A stretch of DNA of 59,759 bases from Planctomycetaceae bacterium UBA6894 (GCA_002451275.1 DKBS01000028.1:1-59759); one strand, 5' to 3'; positions 27,925 through 38,549 are shown, numbered from the stretch's first letter. Notes: a model not told the origin generated them from the letters alone. A program made the numbers and translations.

Positions 27925-27951
27925 ACCGTCCACCCCGGACTACCTGCCCAC

Positions 27952-30330
27952 ATGCCAGATCAACTGATTGAGAACGGGAGAAAAGCCATGGCCATGACCA
28001 CCGAAGTCAAAACCGGGATGATGGTCTCGGGTGCCTTCGCCAGCCTGGTGGGTGCTGTCCTCACCAAACACTATGTTTCCCCAGATGAATTGCTGGGCCA
28101 CAAGGCACCCACCGAGCAGGTAGCCCCTGCCGACGGCGAGGTGAAATTGCCAGATGGGATCGAGGCTGCCAAGGGGACGACCGCGCTAACCTCGGGCCCA
28201 ACCGATCCCAAGAACGAAGTGGTGCTGGCATCAGCAAGCGGTACTGAAAAGGATTCGGCACCACCACCGCCGGTACCCAGCCCAGGCGACCTGCTACCAC
28301 CCCCGCCAACCCCCGCAGGGGCTAGTCCATCGACCACCGACACGATGCCACCGGCCCCGGGCGCGCCGGCGCCCATCGACAAACCGATGGATCTGGCCGC
28401 GCCGGCCCCTGCTTCCCGATCCCTGACGGGTGGAGATCTCGCCCCCCCGGCTCCACCCGCACCGGGCGGTTTGCCACCTTTGGAAGAAAAAAAATCCGCT
28501 GAAGCCTTGGCGCCACCACCTCCGGCGGGAACGGATGCGACCCCAAGTGCCAGCGCACCGCCCGACCCGGCCAAACTGGCCCAGGGCTTGCTGCCCCCGC
28601 CTCCGAGCGGTGGAAACACCCCTCCGGCCCCAGCCGCCCTGACCAGTTCCCCGACACCACCGCCTGACGCCGCCAAACTGGCTGAATCCTTGGTGCCACC
28701 CGCACCGGGCGGCGGCGGATTGGCCCCCCCCGCACCCCCGCCTGCCGCGGGAAGCACCACGGCCATGCCCGACCTGACCAAACCAATGGACAGCTTGGCC
28801 CCCCCTGCCCCAGGCGGCGGGTTGGCTCCAACCCCGCCAGCGGCTCCCTCGGTTTTGCCCGGTGGCCACACCCCCATGCCCAATTTGGCCCAGTCCCTGG
28901 ACAACCCGGCACCACCGGCTCCCCCCGGTGGTTTCGCACCGCCTGCAGCACCAGCACCTTTGTCCTCCGGAACGCCAGGCAGTTTTGCACCGCCCGCAGC
29001 CCCTGTTACCACCGGTGATTTGACGCCACCCGCAACACGGAACGCGACCGTTGGCGGGGCAGTGGGGTCTGGCGGCCTGGCCCTAGCCAGTGAGTCATTC
29101 CCCTCGGAGCCGGGCAAGCCCGGTATCGCACGGGTTTTGACCTTCCCGCTTTCCAATGGGCCCGAAAAACGATCAGAATCAATTCCGTTGGATGAGCCTG
29201 GCTTCCCTGTAGGCCGTTCCGTGGGCGGGGCACCTTCCCTGGCCACCGGATCCCTGCCACCCAGCGGCCCACCCCCATTGGCTGGTCCCAGCGGCTCCGA
29301 GGGCGCAGCCCTGCCACCCTCCGGCATGCCCGGCAACCTGAACGCGCCGGCCAGCCCATCCCGGCCGGCGGCCTTCGTACCAGTGGAAGGACGGAACATC
29401 CCCGTGCTGACCATGCAGCCCAACCCGGGCCAACCCATGCCCATCACCCCGGGATCCATTCCGGTCCCGACTGCGGGGGCCGGCTTGCCCCTCAACCCGA
29501 ACACGGTGACCAACACCGTCAACGGGCTGAACAACAATCTCAACAACACCGCCAACAGCCTTGCCAATCAGGCCAACAACACCGTGGGCGGCTTGAACAA
29601 CCAGTTGAACAGCGCGGTGAACGGGGCAAACGCCAACCTGAACGCCGCCACCAACAATCTCAACAACACGGCCAGCGGATTGAACAATTCCCTGAACGAT
29701 GCTACCCGGAGCCTGAACAACACCGCCACCAACCTGAACAACCAAGCCAACTCCACCCTCAACGGGTTGAACAACAGCCTGAACACCACCAACAACAATC
29801 TCAACAACACCGTCAATGGGCTGAACACCCAGGTGAATGGTGCCACCAACAGCCTCAACAACACGGTCAGCGGGCTCAACAACAGCCTGAACAACACCAA
29901 CAACAATCTCAACAACACCGTCAATGGGCTGAACACCCAGATGAACAGTGCCACTAACAACCTCAACAACACGGTCAACGGGCTCAACAACAACCTGAAC
30001 AACACGACCAAGGGCCTGAACAACACCGTGAGCGGCTTGAACAACAACCTCAGCACCGCCACCAACAATCTCAACAACACCTTGAGCAGCGTGAACGGAG
30101 CCGTTTCTTCGTGGACCGAGCAGGCCTACAGGGTGCAATCCGGCGATTCCTGGGAGAAAATCAGCCAGGCACAATACGGCAGCACGCTGTACGCGCCTAC
30201 GCTGAGGACATTCAATCAGACCCACCCGCGCGCCAGTGAAACCCTGGCGAAGGACGGCACTCCGGTGGCCGGCCAGGAGGTTTACCTGCTACCCTTGGAC
30301 CAGATACGCAAGCTCACAACCACACCCTGA
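27952..30330 (+). CDS. Membrane-anchored Pro-rich / Asn-rich repeat protein with a C-terminal LysM domain
   Basis: N-terminal hydrophobic segment 'MMVSGAFASLVGAVL'. About 380 aa are Pro/Ala/Gly-rich (repeated 'LAPPAPGGG'-type units), followed by about 200 aa of Asn-rich repeats ('NNLNNTVNGLN'). The C-terminal 'YRVQSGDSWEKISQAQYG...VAGQEVYLLP' fits the LysM pattern Y.V..GD....I....Y......N.......G....P. An alternative start is the ATG at 27988 (GGGAG upstream). Confidence 0.7.
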   Translation: MPDQLIENGRKAMAMTTEVKTGMMVSGAFASLVGAVLTKHYVSPDELLGHKAPTEQVAPADGEVKLPDGIEAAKGTTALTSGPTDPKNEVVLASASGTEKDSAPPPPVPSPGDLLPPPPTPAGASPSTTDTMPPAPGAPAPIDKPMDLAAPAPASRSLTGGDLAPPAPPAPGGLPPLEEKKSAEALAPPPPAGTDATPSASAPPDPAKLAQGLLPPPPSGGNTPPAPAALTSSPTPPPDAAKLAESLVPPAPGGGGLAPPAPPPAAGSTTAMPDLTKPMDSLAPPAPGGGLAPTPPAAPSVLPGGHTPMPNLAQSLDNPAPPAPPGGFAPPAAPAPLSSGTPGSFAPPAAPVTTGDLTPPATRNATVGGAVGSGGLALASESFPSEPGKPGIARVLTFPLSNGPEKRSESIPLDEPGFPVGRSVGGAPSLATGSLPPSGPPPLAGPSGSEGAALPPSGMPGNLNAPASPSRPAAFVPVEGRNIPVLTMQPNPGQPMPITPGSIPVPTAGAGLPLNPNTVTNTVNGLNNNLNNTANSLANQANNTVGGLNNQLNSAVNGANANLNAATNNLNNTASGLNNSLNDATRSLNNTATNLNNQANSTLNGLNNSLNTTNNNLNNTVNGLNTQVNGATNSLNNTVSGLNNSLNNTNNNLNNTVNGLNTQMNSATNNLNNTVNGLNNNLNNTTKGLNNTVSGLNNNLSTATNNLNNTLSSVNGAVSSWTEQAYRVQSGDSWEKISQAQYGSTLYAPTLRTFNQTHPRASETLAKDGTPVAGQEVYLLPLDQIRKLTTTP
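29490..30100 (+). repeat. In-frame tandem coding repeats (Asn-rich), including a 108-nt near-perfect tandem duplication
   Basis: The 42-nt string aacaacaatctcaacaacaccgtcaatgggctgaacacccag occurs identically at 29791-29832 and 29899-29940, an offset of 108 nt (36 aa). The flanks are near-identical. The core 'aacaatctcaacaacac' recurs five times, near 29534, 29653, 29794, 29902 and 30064. Confidence 0.8.
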
Positions 30331-30381
30331 CCGGGAGCGAACGGGCCGTCAGGATCCATTTTGGACGAGGGTTAGCACACC

Positions 30382-31602
30382 GTGCGGCTGGCGATGTTTC
30401 TTCCCCACCTAGGGGTATCCGGTGGCCTTGGGGTCCATTGCCGGGCGCTGCTGGAATCGCTGGCCACCTGCGGCGCAAAAGCGGGCCTGCACCTGGATGT
30501 GATTTGCCCGTCCAACCCGCAGTCGCTTTTTCCCCTGGCGGGTCTGGATGACACTTGGCAACCACTGGTCCGGCGCGACCATCTCACCCTGCACAGCATC
30601 GACTGGCCCGGCGGGCTTTCGCTGGCCGATGTGCTGGATCCAGCCCTGCTGGATCTGGTGCGCTCGCTGAAGCCGGACCTATTCTACGCCTCGTACTACA
30701 CCGGGCTGGAAAAGCCACCCTGCCCGCAGGCCATCACTTTCCATGACGCGGGATTTCTGGAATTCCCGCATGTGTTTGGCGACACAGCGCGCAAGCGGCG
30801 TGAGACCCTGGCGCGGATCGGCGGCGCGGTGGACCGGTTGCTGTGCGTTTCGTCCGATGCCCGGGACCGCATCTGCCGGCTGCTCCCCTTTCCAAAGGAA
30901 CGCGCCGAGGTGGTGTGGCACGCACTGTACGACCCGCCGGCCACCCTGGAAAGCGCCCGCGATACCGCCCAGATGAACCAACCCCTCTGGCCGGGGGGGG
31001 ATCGGGTCACCGATTGGGGTGACTATGTTTTCCTGCCGGTGGGAGCTGCCACCGGTTTCAACCGTGTGCGCAAAAATGTTCCCTTGGGCGTACGGGCATT
31101 CCGGGCAGTGCAGAATCCCGCCTTGAGGCTGGTGGTGGCCAGCACGGGAACGCTGAACGACCAGATGCTGGGCCAGTTGATCGACCCCGCCGAACAGGCC
31201 GCCGGCCGTTTTGAACGGGGCGTCTGGGTTTCGGGTGATGGCAGGGTGCTGATCCTGCCCAACCTGGACCGGTTGCCTTTCCTGCGAGCAATGGCTCACG
31301 CCAAGGCCGTGCTATACCCCACCCGGTACGAAGGATTTGGCCTGCCCAGCATCGAGGCCATGGCCCTGAGAACACCCCTCATCGCCGGCGACGCGACCAG
31401 CGTTCCGGAGGTTGTGGGGGATGCAGGCATCCTGGTGCCTCCCGATGACCAATCTGGCTTCACCCGGGCCATGGAACAGGTGCTGACCGACCGGTCCCTG
31501 CGGGAAAGCCTTATCCAAAAGGGCTCGGAGCGATTGAACCTCTTCACCCCAGCCCGCATGGGTGAGCGCATGCTGCACGTTTTTTCGGGGATGCTGGCCT
31601 GA
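30382..31602 (+). CDS. GT4-family glycosyltransferase
   Basis: GTG start. 'MRLAMFLPHLGVSGGLGVH' is a typical GT4 N-terminus. 'YPTRYEGFGLPSIEAMALRTPLIAGDATSVPEVVGDAGILVPPDD' carries the EX7E-type motif. Confidence 0.85.
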   Translation: MRLAMFLPHLGVSGGLGVHCRALLESLATCGAKAGLHLDVICPSNPQSLFPLAGLDDTWQPLVRRDHLTLHSIDWPGGLSLADVLDPALLDLVRSLKPDLFYASYYTGLEKPPCPQAITFHDAGFLEFPHVFGDTARKRRETLARIGGAVDRLLCVSSDARDRICRLLPFPKERAEVVWHALYDPPATLESARDTAQMNQPLWPGGDRVTDWGDYVFLPVGAATGFNRVRKNVPLGVRAFRAVQNPALRLVVASTGTLNDQMLGQLIDPAEQAAGRFERGVWVSGDGRVLILPNLDRLPFLRAMAHAKAVLYPTRYEGFGLPSIEAMALRTPLIAGDATSVPEVVGDAGILVPPDDQSGFTRAMEQVLTDRSLRESLIQKGSERLNLFTPARMGERMLHVFSGMLA

Positions 31603-31726
31603 GGTTTGGCTGTTCTGATCCCGGTTGTAGGCCCACCCTTTTGCCCGGAGATATCCCCGGCAGAACCGAACTCCCCGCACCACCGTATACTGCTCGGGTG
31701 GAAGAATCTGAACGGGGAGACCGGGC

Positions 31727-32245
31727 ATGCAACCCAACACATTATCGGGTCAGGGACCAGTGGAAGCCCCTTTCGAGCGGGATTACCCCGTGCCTGAATT
31801 CACGCCGAGCTGGAAGCGACCGCAGATCAACCGGCTGATGGCGCAGGATTTTGTGGTGGCTGCCCACATGGACCTGGATTTGGTGCGCCACCTGCTGGGC
31901 CGGGAGCCCGGCCTGGTGAACTCGACCATGGATTGGGGAGGTGGTGACTGGGAGACGGCACTGGGCGCTGCCTCGCACATGGGGCGCGCGGACATCGCCG
32001 GGTTCCTGATGGCCCACGGCGCGCGACCGGACATCTTTTGCGTGGCAATGCTGGGCAAGCTTGAAGTGGTGAAGGGCCTGCTGGAGCTGGAACCGGGGCT
32101 GATTGACGCCAAAGGACCGCATGGTTTCGGCCTGCATTTCCACGCCACGGTGGGTGGCCGTTTCGCCAAGCCGGTGCTGGATCACCTGCAATCGATCAAG
32201 GAGGTGGAGGTGCGGGTGCCGCCCTTCATGGTGCGGAGGGGGTGA
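31727..32245 (+). CDS. Ankyrin-repeat protein
   Basis: 'TALGAASHMGRADIAGFLMAHGARPDI' and 'AMLGKLEVVKGLLELEPGLIDAKGPHG' fit ankyrin repeat consensus features. Confidence 0.6.
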   Translation: MQPNTLSGQGPVEAPFERDYPVPEFTPSWKRPQINRLMAQDFVVAAHMDLDLVRHLLGREPGLVNSTMDWGGGDWETALGAASHMGRADIAGFLMAHGARPDIFCVAMLGKLEVVKGLLELEPGLIDAKGPHGFGLHFHATVGGRFAKPVLDHLQSIKEVEVRVPPFMVRRG

Positions 32246-32285
32246 GTAAAAACAGCTTTTAAACTCCGCATTTTATCTATTGCAA

Positions 32286-33770
32286 TCATCCATTTCCCAG
32301 CCATCTTTTCAGCAGATTTTCCGTGATCCGCTGCACGCGGGGGTCGGGACCGTGGGGGCGGCCGTCGTGCACGAAGGGCAGGATGTGGCCGGGCGGGTTG
32401 CTGAGCCCCATGGCCCAGAAGATGGTGCTGGCATTGAAGACGGTGTTGCCCTTCGGGCCTGGGTAGATGGTGGCCTCGTAATGGGAGGGCTGGTTGCCGC
32501 TGTTGATGGTGGCTCCCTTGGCGACCACTTCCAGGCCGGGAATGGGGGCGGGGTCTCCATGGAACTCCCAGCCCACCAGGCCGGGGATGGCATCGCCTTT
32601 TTTCATGCCGGTACCTTCAAACAGCCAGTGCCCGGGATTGGAACAGGTCCAGTCGCCTGAGCCGTTGAACGGGGAAACCGTTTGCGCCCCGATGAGGGTG
32701 GATTCATTGGGAGCCTGAACCGGCAGGTCCTCCATGTATTTCTCCTCACCCGGCCGGATGCCGCCGAAACGACCGAGACGCTCAAGCTGGCGGGGCACGG
32801 CATCATCCACCACAAAGCAGACGCTGTTGCCGGAAAAGAATCCGAAATGCACGCCGCGCCTTACCGCCTCCATGCAGGCCTGGTACTGGCCGCGGGTCCA
32901 GTACTCATCGTGGCCGACCGACAGGAAACCCTTGGCCCGGGCGATGAAATCGGCACCGCCTGTGTGGACATCTTCGTTGGCGCAGTAGGTGACATCGTAT
33001 CCCTTGCCTTCCAGCCAGTATGCAAAGGGATATTCCCACAGCAGGAACTCACCCGAACCGATGGACAGCGGATGGTCCACCACCTGGTGGTATTTGGCGT
33101 AGGGACGGTTGAAGCTGACGCGGACACCCGAGACCAGCGGCTTTTTGGAGGGATGGTCGTTGTCGTACAGCGAATCGGCCAGGGGCCACTTGTTGTAGGC
33201 CTGCCAGGTGTTGGTGCTGCACTGGAACAGCAGGTCACTTTTCCGTTCCTCCACCACGATGAACATGACATAGCTCTGGAAACGGTGGCGGTCGCAGGTG
33301 AGTTTGCCCAGGTAGACACCACTGGGCCAATCGGCAGGGATTTCCAACTCGGTGGACGGCTTCCAGCCGCATTCGCGCAGACGCTTGACGCCACGGTCCG
33401 GGGTGGCCTGCGTGGCGGTGGGGAAGGGGCCCAGCGTGGCCATGTGGCGGGCACCTTTGGCCTGATAGTAACCCATTCGGAAGATTTCGACCCGGGTCTC
33501 GGCAGCCGGTTCGGTGCTGATGTGGAAGGTTATTTTCTGCCCCGGGCGCACGCTGGTGCGGGAGCAGTAACCTTCAATCAGGCGCGTGCGGTAGCGCTCC
33601 TTGCCATCAAACTTCACATAGGTGAGTTGCCAGTCGGTGGTGCCGGGTTTGGCGTTTTCCCGGGCGAGGCCATTGTCCGGGGCCGGCGCATCCCCCCGGA
33701 CGAGGGTTCCGACAGAAGCAAGCGCGACGGGAGCCGACCATAAAGCGTTTCTTCTGTTGGGTTTAGCCAT
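32286..33770 (-). CDS. Exported protein of the N,N-dimethylformamidase large-subunit-like family (tentative)
   Basis: Twin-arginine-like N-terminus 'MAKPNRRNALWSAPVALASVG'. The conserved-looking 'LSVGHDEYWTRGQYQA...GVHFGFFSGNSVCF' is a motif I associate with DMFase-beta-like/DUF6605 proteins. The family assignment is from memory only. Confidence 0.55.
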   Translation of the reverse strand: MAKPNRRNALWSAPVALASVGTLVRGDAPAPDNGLARENAKPGTTDWQLTYVKFDGKERYRTRLIEGYCSRTSVRPGQKITFHISTEPAAETRVEIFRMGYYQAKGARHMATLGPFPTATQATPDRGVKRLRECGWKPSTELEIPADWPSGVYLGKLTCDRHRFQSYVMFIVVEERKSDLLFQCSTNTWQAYNKWPLADSLYDNDHPSKKPLVSGVRVSFNRPYAKYHQVVDHPLSIGSGEFLLWEYPFAYWLEGKGYDVTYCANEDVHTGGADFIARAKGFLSVGHDEYWTRGQYQACMEAVRRGVHFGFFSGNSVCFVVDDAVPRQLERLGRFGGIRPGEEKYMEDLPVQAPNESTLIGAQTVSPFNGSGDWTCSNPGHWLFEGTGMKKGDAIPGLVGWEFHGDPAPIPGLEVVAKGATINSGNQPSHYEATIYPGPKGNTVFNASTIFWAMGLSNPPGHILPFVHDGRPHGPDPRVQRITENLLKRWLGNG

Positions 33771-33920
33771 GATCCTGCTCCATGAGGCCCAAAGTCCGAC
33801 AACTGGAAACAAATGCTATCTTGCGGGGGCTGGGGAGGATAGAATTTAATCCACATGCCCGGTCACCCCGCTTGCGGGGTTTACCCCGGGTCCCGCCTGA
33901 AAGTTTGTAGGGTCTCTCCC

Positions 33921-36900
33921 ATGCGATCGTTTCCCCTTCTGGCCCCGGCCTTGGTGGCATGCCTTGCGGCCCTGCCCGCCGCCGGCGCCGACCTGCAGTT
34001 CAACAAGGATATTCGCCCCATCCTCGCCGAGCATTGCCTGTCGTGCCACGGACCGGGCAAGAAAAGCGGCGGGTTGCGGCTGGACCAACCCGAGGCAGCC
34101 TACAAGGGCGGCAAATCGGGCGACCCGGCGGTGGTGGCCGGGAAACCGGAGAAATCGCAACTGATCGAGCGGCTGCACACCGATGTGGAAACCGAGCGAA
34201 TGCCGCCGGCCTCCACCAAGAAGGTGCTGACCGATCGGGAAAAAAACCTGCTGAAGCAGTGGGTGCAACAGGGAGGCAAGTACGAGGGGCACTGGGCATT
34301 TGAACAAATCAAGGACCACGCACCCCCCGCTGGCGACGGGAACACCATCGATCGTTTTCTCCAGGCGCGTTTGGCGCAATCGGGCCTGGCCTACCGGCCT
34401 GAGGCCAGCAAGGAAACACTGATCCGACGCGTCTCGTTCACCTTGACTGGCCTGCCTCCCACGGTGGCCGAAGTGGACCAGTTTGTGAACGACAAGGCCC
34501 CCGGGGCCTACGAGCGCATGGTGGAGCGGTATTTCAACTCCACCAGACACGGCGAGGAGATGGCGCGGCACTGGCTGGACCTGGCCCGTTACGCCGACAC
34601 GCACGGCCTGCACCTGGACAACGAGCGGCAGATGTGGGCCTACCGCGACTGGGTGGTGAGCGCCTTCAACCGCAACCTTCCCTTCGACCAGTTCACCACG
34701 CAGCAACTGGCTGGTGACCTACTGCCCAACGCGACCCTGGACCAGAAGATAGCCACCGGGTTTTTGCGCTGCGGTCCCACCACCAGCGAGGGCGGTTCCA
34801 TCGAGGCGGAGTGGATCTACCGCAACGCGGTGGAACGGACGAGCACCGTTTTCACTGCGTTCCTGGGCCTGACTGGCGCATGCGCCCAGTGCCATGACCA
34901 CAAGTTTGATCCGATCAGCGCCAAGGACTTTTATTCGGTGTACGCGTTTTTCCATTCCGCCGCCGACCCGGCGATGGATGGCAACGCCCTGCTGACCCAA
35001 CCGGTGGCCAAGCTGGAGACCGCGGACATCCTGAAAAAGAAACAGGACCTGGACTCCGCTGTGGCCAAGGCAGAGGCACATCTGTCCGGACTGGTAGCCG
35101 CCGAAAAGTACAGCGATCCAGCGACACGCAAGGATCGCCCCGCCCCGGTGGTGAAGGAGGACCTGTGGTTCGATGACGCTTTCCCCCAGGGTGCGAAGGT
35201 GAGCGCAAGCCCCGGACACGCCACCAAGATCATCGAAAGCGCGCAGGGACCGGTGCACAGCGGCAAGAAGGCGGTGCAGCGCACTGATGCCGGCCTGAGC
35301 CAGGATGTGATCGAGAACATGCCGGCCAAAACACTGGTGGCCGGGTCGAAACTGTTCGCGTATGTTCACCTGGACCCGAAAAACCCGCCCAAGGCCGTGA
35401 TGCTGCAGTACCACACCGGCGGGTGGCTGCACCGCGCGGTCTGGGGAGACTACAACGCGATCGAATGGGGCAAAGCCAACACCACCGAACGGGTGAACAT
35501 GGGCAAGCTCCCCGAGGCGGGGAAGTGGGCCCGCTTGGAGGTGGATGCAGCCAAGCTGGGCATCAGTCCCGACAAGCAGGTGAACGGCTTTGCCTTGACC
35601 CAATTTGGTGGCACCGTGACCTGGGACCGTGTGGGTGCCGAAACCAGCAATGACCCTGCCAATGACACCACGCAGTCCCTCGCGGCCTGGTGGAAATCCC
35701 AGAAGGGGAAGGACCAGCCGGGGGTGGCAGCGCCTTTGGCGGGTTTCATCAAGAAAGGCCCGGAAGCCAAGCGAACCGACGCCGAGAAAGAGCAGGTGCT
35801 GCGCCACTATGTGATGACCGTTTGCTCCGCGGTGTCCCCCAAGCTGCTGGAGTCGCGCAAGAAGCTGGCGGACGAGAAGGCGGCCCGAGCCAAGGTGGAC
35901 AGCGATACCCCTGCCACCTTCATCTACACCGACTTGCCGAAGCCCCGCGACAGCTTCGTGATGATGCGGGGAGCCTACGACAAGCCCGGGGACAAGGTGG
36001 TACCCGATACTCCCAAGTCGTTGCCGGCATTGGGGGTGAAAGACCGCCGCGCCAACCGGCTGGACCTGGCCAAGTGGCTGTTGTCGAACGAGCAACCGCT
36101 CACCGCCCGGGTGACCGTGAACCGGTTCTGGCAGCAGATCTTTGGTATCGGTCTGGTGAAGAGCAGTGGCGACTTCGGCGTGCAGGGCGAGGTGCCCAGC
36201 CATCCGGAGCTGTTCGATCACCTGGCCTACCAGTTCCGAGCCAACGGGTGGAACACACGGGAACTACTTCGGCAAATGTTGCTGTCGAAGGCGTTCCGGC
36301 AGGATTCCGCAGCCCCGGCCGAATTGTGGGCCAAGGATCCGGAAAACCGGCTGCTGGCCAGGGGCCCGCGCCTCCGTCTGGAAGCCGAGCAATTGCGCGA
36401 CAACGCGCTGTTCCTGGGCGGGCTGCTGAAGGAGAAAATGGGCGGGCGAGGGACCTTGCCCTATCAGCCGCCCAACATCTGGGAACCGGTGGGTTTCACG
36501 GGAAGCAACACCCGCGTGTACACCCAGGAGAAGGGAGAGAACCTCTACACGCGCAGCCTGTATGTGTTTTTGAAGCGGACCGCTCCGGCCCCCTTCATGA
36601 GCAACTTCGACGCGCCCAACCGCGAGACGGCCTGCACCCGGCGGGAACGGAGCAACACGCCGCTGCAGGCGCTGCAACTGATGAACGACGTGCAGCATGT
36701 GGAAGCCGCGCGGGGCTTCGCCGCCAACCTGATCCAAAGCGAAAAGACCGATGAGGGACGCATCCGTCTGGCCTACCGGCAAGCGCTTTCGCGCCAGCCC
36801 TCAGCCGAGGAGGCGCGCATCGTGGCGATCCTGCTGGAGAAGGAACTGGCGAAATACCGGAAAGACACCGCAGCGGCGGGCAAACTGGTTCGCGTGGGTG

Positions 36901-37001
36901 AATCGCCCGTGCCCGGCGGAATCGCCGAGCCTGAACTGGCGGCCTGGACCATGGTGTGCAACCTGGTTCTGAACCTGGACGAAGTGATCAACCGCAACTG
37001 A
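33921..37001 (+). CDS. PSCyt1/PSCyt2/PSD protein (DUF1549 + DUF1553, planctomycete cytochrome-c-like)
   Basis: Signal peptide, then '[29 protein letters not shown]' (PSCyt1 CxxCH). The DUF1549-like '[36 protein letters not shown]' and the DUF1553-like '[19 protein letters not shown]' follow. Confidence 0.85.
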   Translation: MRSFPLLAPALVACLAALPAAGADLQFNKDIRPILAEHCLSCHGPGKKSGGLRLDQPEAAYKGGKSGDPAVVAGKPEKSQLIERLHTDVETERMPPASTKKVLTDREKNLLKQWVQQGGKYEGHWAFEQIKDHAPPAGDGNTIDRFLQARLAQSGLAYRPEASKETLIRRVSFTLTGLPPTVAEVDQFVNDKAPGAYERMVERYFNSTRHGEEMARHWLDLARYADTHGLHLDNERQMWAYRDWVVSAFNRNLPFDQFTTQQLAGDLLPNATLDQKIATGFLRCGPTTSEGGSIEAEWIYRNAVERTSTVFTAFLGLTGACAQCHDHKFDPISAKDFYSVYAFFHSAADPAMDGNALLTQPVAKLETADILKKKQDLDSAVAKAEAHLSGLVAAEKYSDPATRKDRPAPVVKEDLWFDDAFPQGAKVSASPGHATKIIESAQGPVHSGKKAVQRTDAGLSQDVIENMPAKTLVAGSKLFAYVHLDPKNPPKAVMLQYHTGGWLHRAVWGDYNAIEWGKANTTERVNMGKLPEAGKWARLEVDAAKLGISPDKQVNGFALTQFGGTVTWDRVGAETSNDPANDTTQSLAAWWKSQKGKDQPGVAAPLAGFIKKGPEAKRTDAEKEQVLRHYVMTVCSAVSPKLLESRKKLADEKAARAKVDSDTPATFIYTDLPKPRDSFVMMRGAYDKPGDKVVPDTPKSLPALGVKDRRANRLDLAKWLLSNEQPLTARVTVNRFWQQIFGIGLVKSSGDFGVQGEVPSHPELFDHLAYQFRANGWNTRELLRQMLLSKAFRQDSAAPAELWAKDPENRLLARGPRLRLEAEQLRDNALFLGGLLKEKMGGRGTLPYQPPNIWEPVGFTGSNTRVYTQEKGENLYTRSLYVFLKRTAPAPFMSNFDAPNRETACTRRERSNTPLQALQLMNDVQHVEAARGFAANLIQSEKTDEGRIRLAYRQALSRQPSAEEARIVAILLEKELAKYRKDTAAAGKLVRVGESPVPGGIAEPELAAWTMVCNLVLNLDEVINRN

Positions 37002-37044
37002 GACACCGACGACAAGCCCGGGCACGCCGGGCGGGAGTGGAACC

Positions 37045-38523
37045 ATGAATCATCTGCCACGCATCATTCCGACCGAGGAGACCCGGCGTCAGTTTTTCGC
37101 GGGCACAGGGCTTCGCATGGGCGCACTGGCCCTGGGCCTGCTGGGCGGCCAAGGGGCGCGGCGGGGCCATGGAGCGCCCGCCCAGCCCAAGGTGCACCCG
37201 GCGCTACCGGGTTTTCCGCACCACAAACCGACGGCGCGATCGCTGATCTACCTGCACATGAACGGTGCGCCTTCGCAGATCGACACCTGGGACTACAAAC
37301 CCAAGCTGGACGAGTATTTTGACAAGGATCTGCCGGCCAGCGTGCAGGGCGGCCAGCGCCTGAGCACCATGACCAGCGGGCAGAAGCGTTTCCCGGTGGC
37401 GCCGAGCAAGTTCAAGTTCAAACAATCGGGCAAATGCGGCACTTGGGCGAATGTGGACATCATGCCCCACACCGCGGGAATAGTGGACCACATGTGCCTG
37501 ATCAAGTCGGTGCACACCTCGGCCATCAACCATGACCCGGCCTGCACTTTTGTGATGACAGGAAGCGAGGTGCCGGGCAAGGCATCCATCGGCAGTTGGC
37601 TTTCCTACGGCCTGGGCAGTGACAACGACAACCTTCCCGGCTTCGTGGTGTTCACGCCGCGGTTCCCCGAGGGAAGCAACGGGCAGGCCTTGTTCACCCG
37701 CATGTGGTCGAGCGGCTTTTTGCCCACGCAGTACAACGGCGTGGCTCTCCGCGGCACCGGTGACCCGGTGCTGTACCTGCGCAACCCCGAAGGCGTGGCT
37801 CCGGAGGACCGCCGCGCCATGCTGGACGCGCTTGGCAAGTTGAACCAGCGCACATTCGACCACTACCACGACCCGGAAACCCAAGGCCGCATCAGCCAGT
37901 ACGAGATGGCCTTCCGCATGCAAAGCAGCGTGCCGGACCTGACGGACCTGTCGAACGAGCCGAAGCATATCCTGGAAATGTACGGGCCCAAGGTGACCCA
38001 GCCGGGCAGCTTCGCCAACAGCGCCATCCTGGCGCGGCGTCTGGTCGAGCGGGGCGTGCGCGTGGTGCAGTTGCTGCACCGGGGCTGGGACCAGCACGGC
38101 AACCTGCCCACGGAGCTGGGCAACCAGTGCAAGGACACCGACCAGCCCACTGCCGCGCTGGTGAAAGATCTGGCCCAGCGCGGGCTGCTGAACGAGACCC
38201 TGGTGGTGTGGGGAGGCGAGTTCGGCCGCACCGTGTACACCCAGGGCACGCTGACCCGTGACAACTACGGGCGCGACCACCACCCGCGCAACTTCTGCAT
38301 GTGGATGGCTGGCGGTGGCGTCAAACCGGGCATCGTCCATGGCGAGACGGATGACTTCAGCTACAACATCACCAAGGATCCGGTGCACATCAACGATGTG
38401 AATGCCACGATCATGCACTGCATGGGTATCGACCATGAGCGGTTCACCTTCAAGTTCCAGGGTCTGGACCAACGATTGACGGGTGTGGAACCGCAACGGG
38501 TGGTCAAGGAAATCCTGACCTGA
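37045..38523 (+). CDS. DUF1501 (sulfatase-like) protein with Tat signal
   Basis: '[18 protein letters not shown]' is a Tat motif. '[20 protein letters not shown]' and 'WGGEFGRT...GRDHHP' are typical of DUF1501. It is the canonical partner of the preceding DUF1549/1553 gene. Confidence 0.85.
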   Translation: MNHLPRIIPTEETRRQFFAGTGLRMGALALGLLGGQGARRGHGAPAQPKVHPALPGFPHHKPTARSLIYLHMNGAPSQIDTWDYKPKLDEYFDKDLPASVQGGQRLSTMTSGQKRFPVAPSKFKFKQSGKCGTWANVDIMPHTAGIVDHMCLIKSVHTSAINHDPACTFVMTGSEVPGKASIGSWLSYGLGSDNDNLPGFVVFTPRFPEGSNGQALFTRMWSSGFLPTQYNGVALRGTGDPVLYLRNPEGVAPEDRRAMLDALGKLNQRTFDHYHDPETQGRISQYEMAFRMQSSVPDLTDLSNEPKHILEMYGPKVTQPGSFANSAILARRLVERGVRVVQLLHRGWDQHGNLPTELGNQCKDTDQPTAALVKDLAQRGLLNETLVVWGGEFGRTVYTQGTLTRDNYGRDHHPRNFCMWMAGGGVKPGIVHGETDDFSYNITKDPVHINDVNATIMHCMGIDHERFTFKFQGLDQRLTGVEPQRVVKEILT

Positions 38524-38549
38524 CCGACAGGCCCACCGGAGACAAAACC

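Noticed and set aside
29490-30100. Possible CRISPR-like or non-coding tandem repeat array
   Set aside because: The repeats are in frame within one continuous ORF and encode a periodic Asn/Leu pattern. They lack a spacer/repeat architecture, and no cas genes are present.
28071-30225. Very long minus-strand ORFs (28071..29567, 29179..30225, 29568..30080) opposite the Pro/Asn-rich gene
   Set aside because: Repetitive CCN/AAC codons keep all frames open. The + strand ORF has a membrane anchor, a coherent repeat register and a C-terminal LysM domain, so the reverse-strand ORFs are treated as artefacts.
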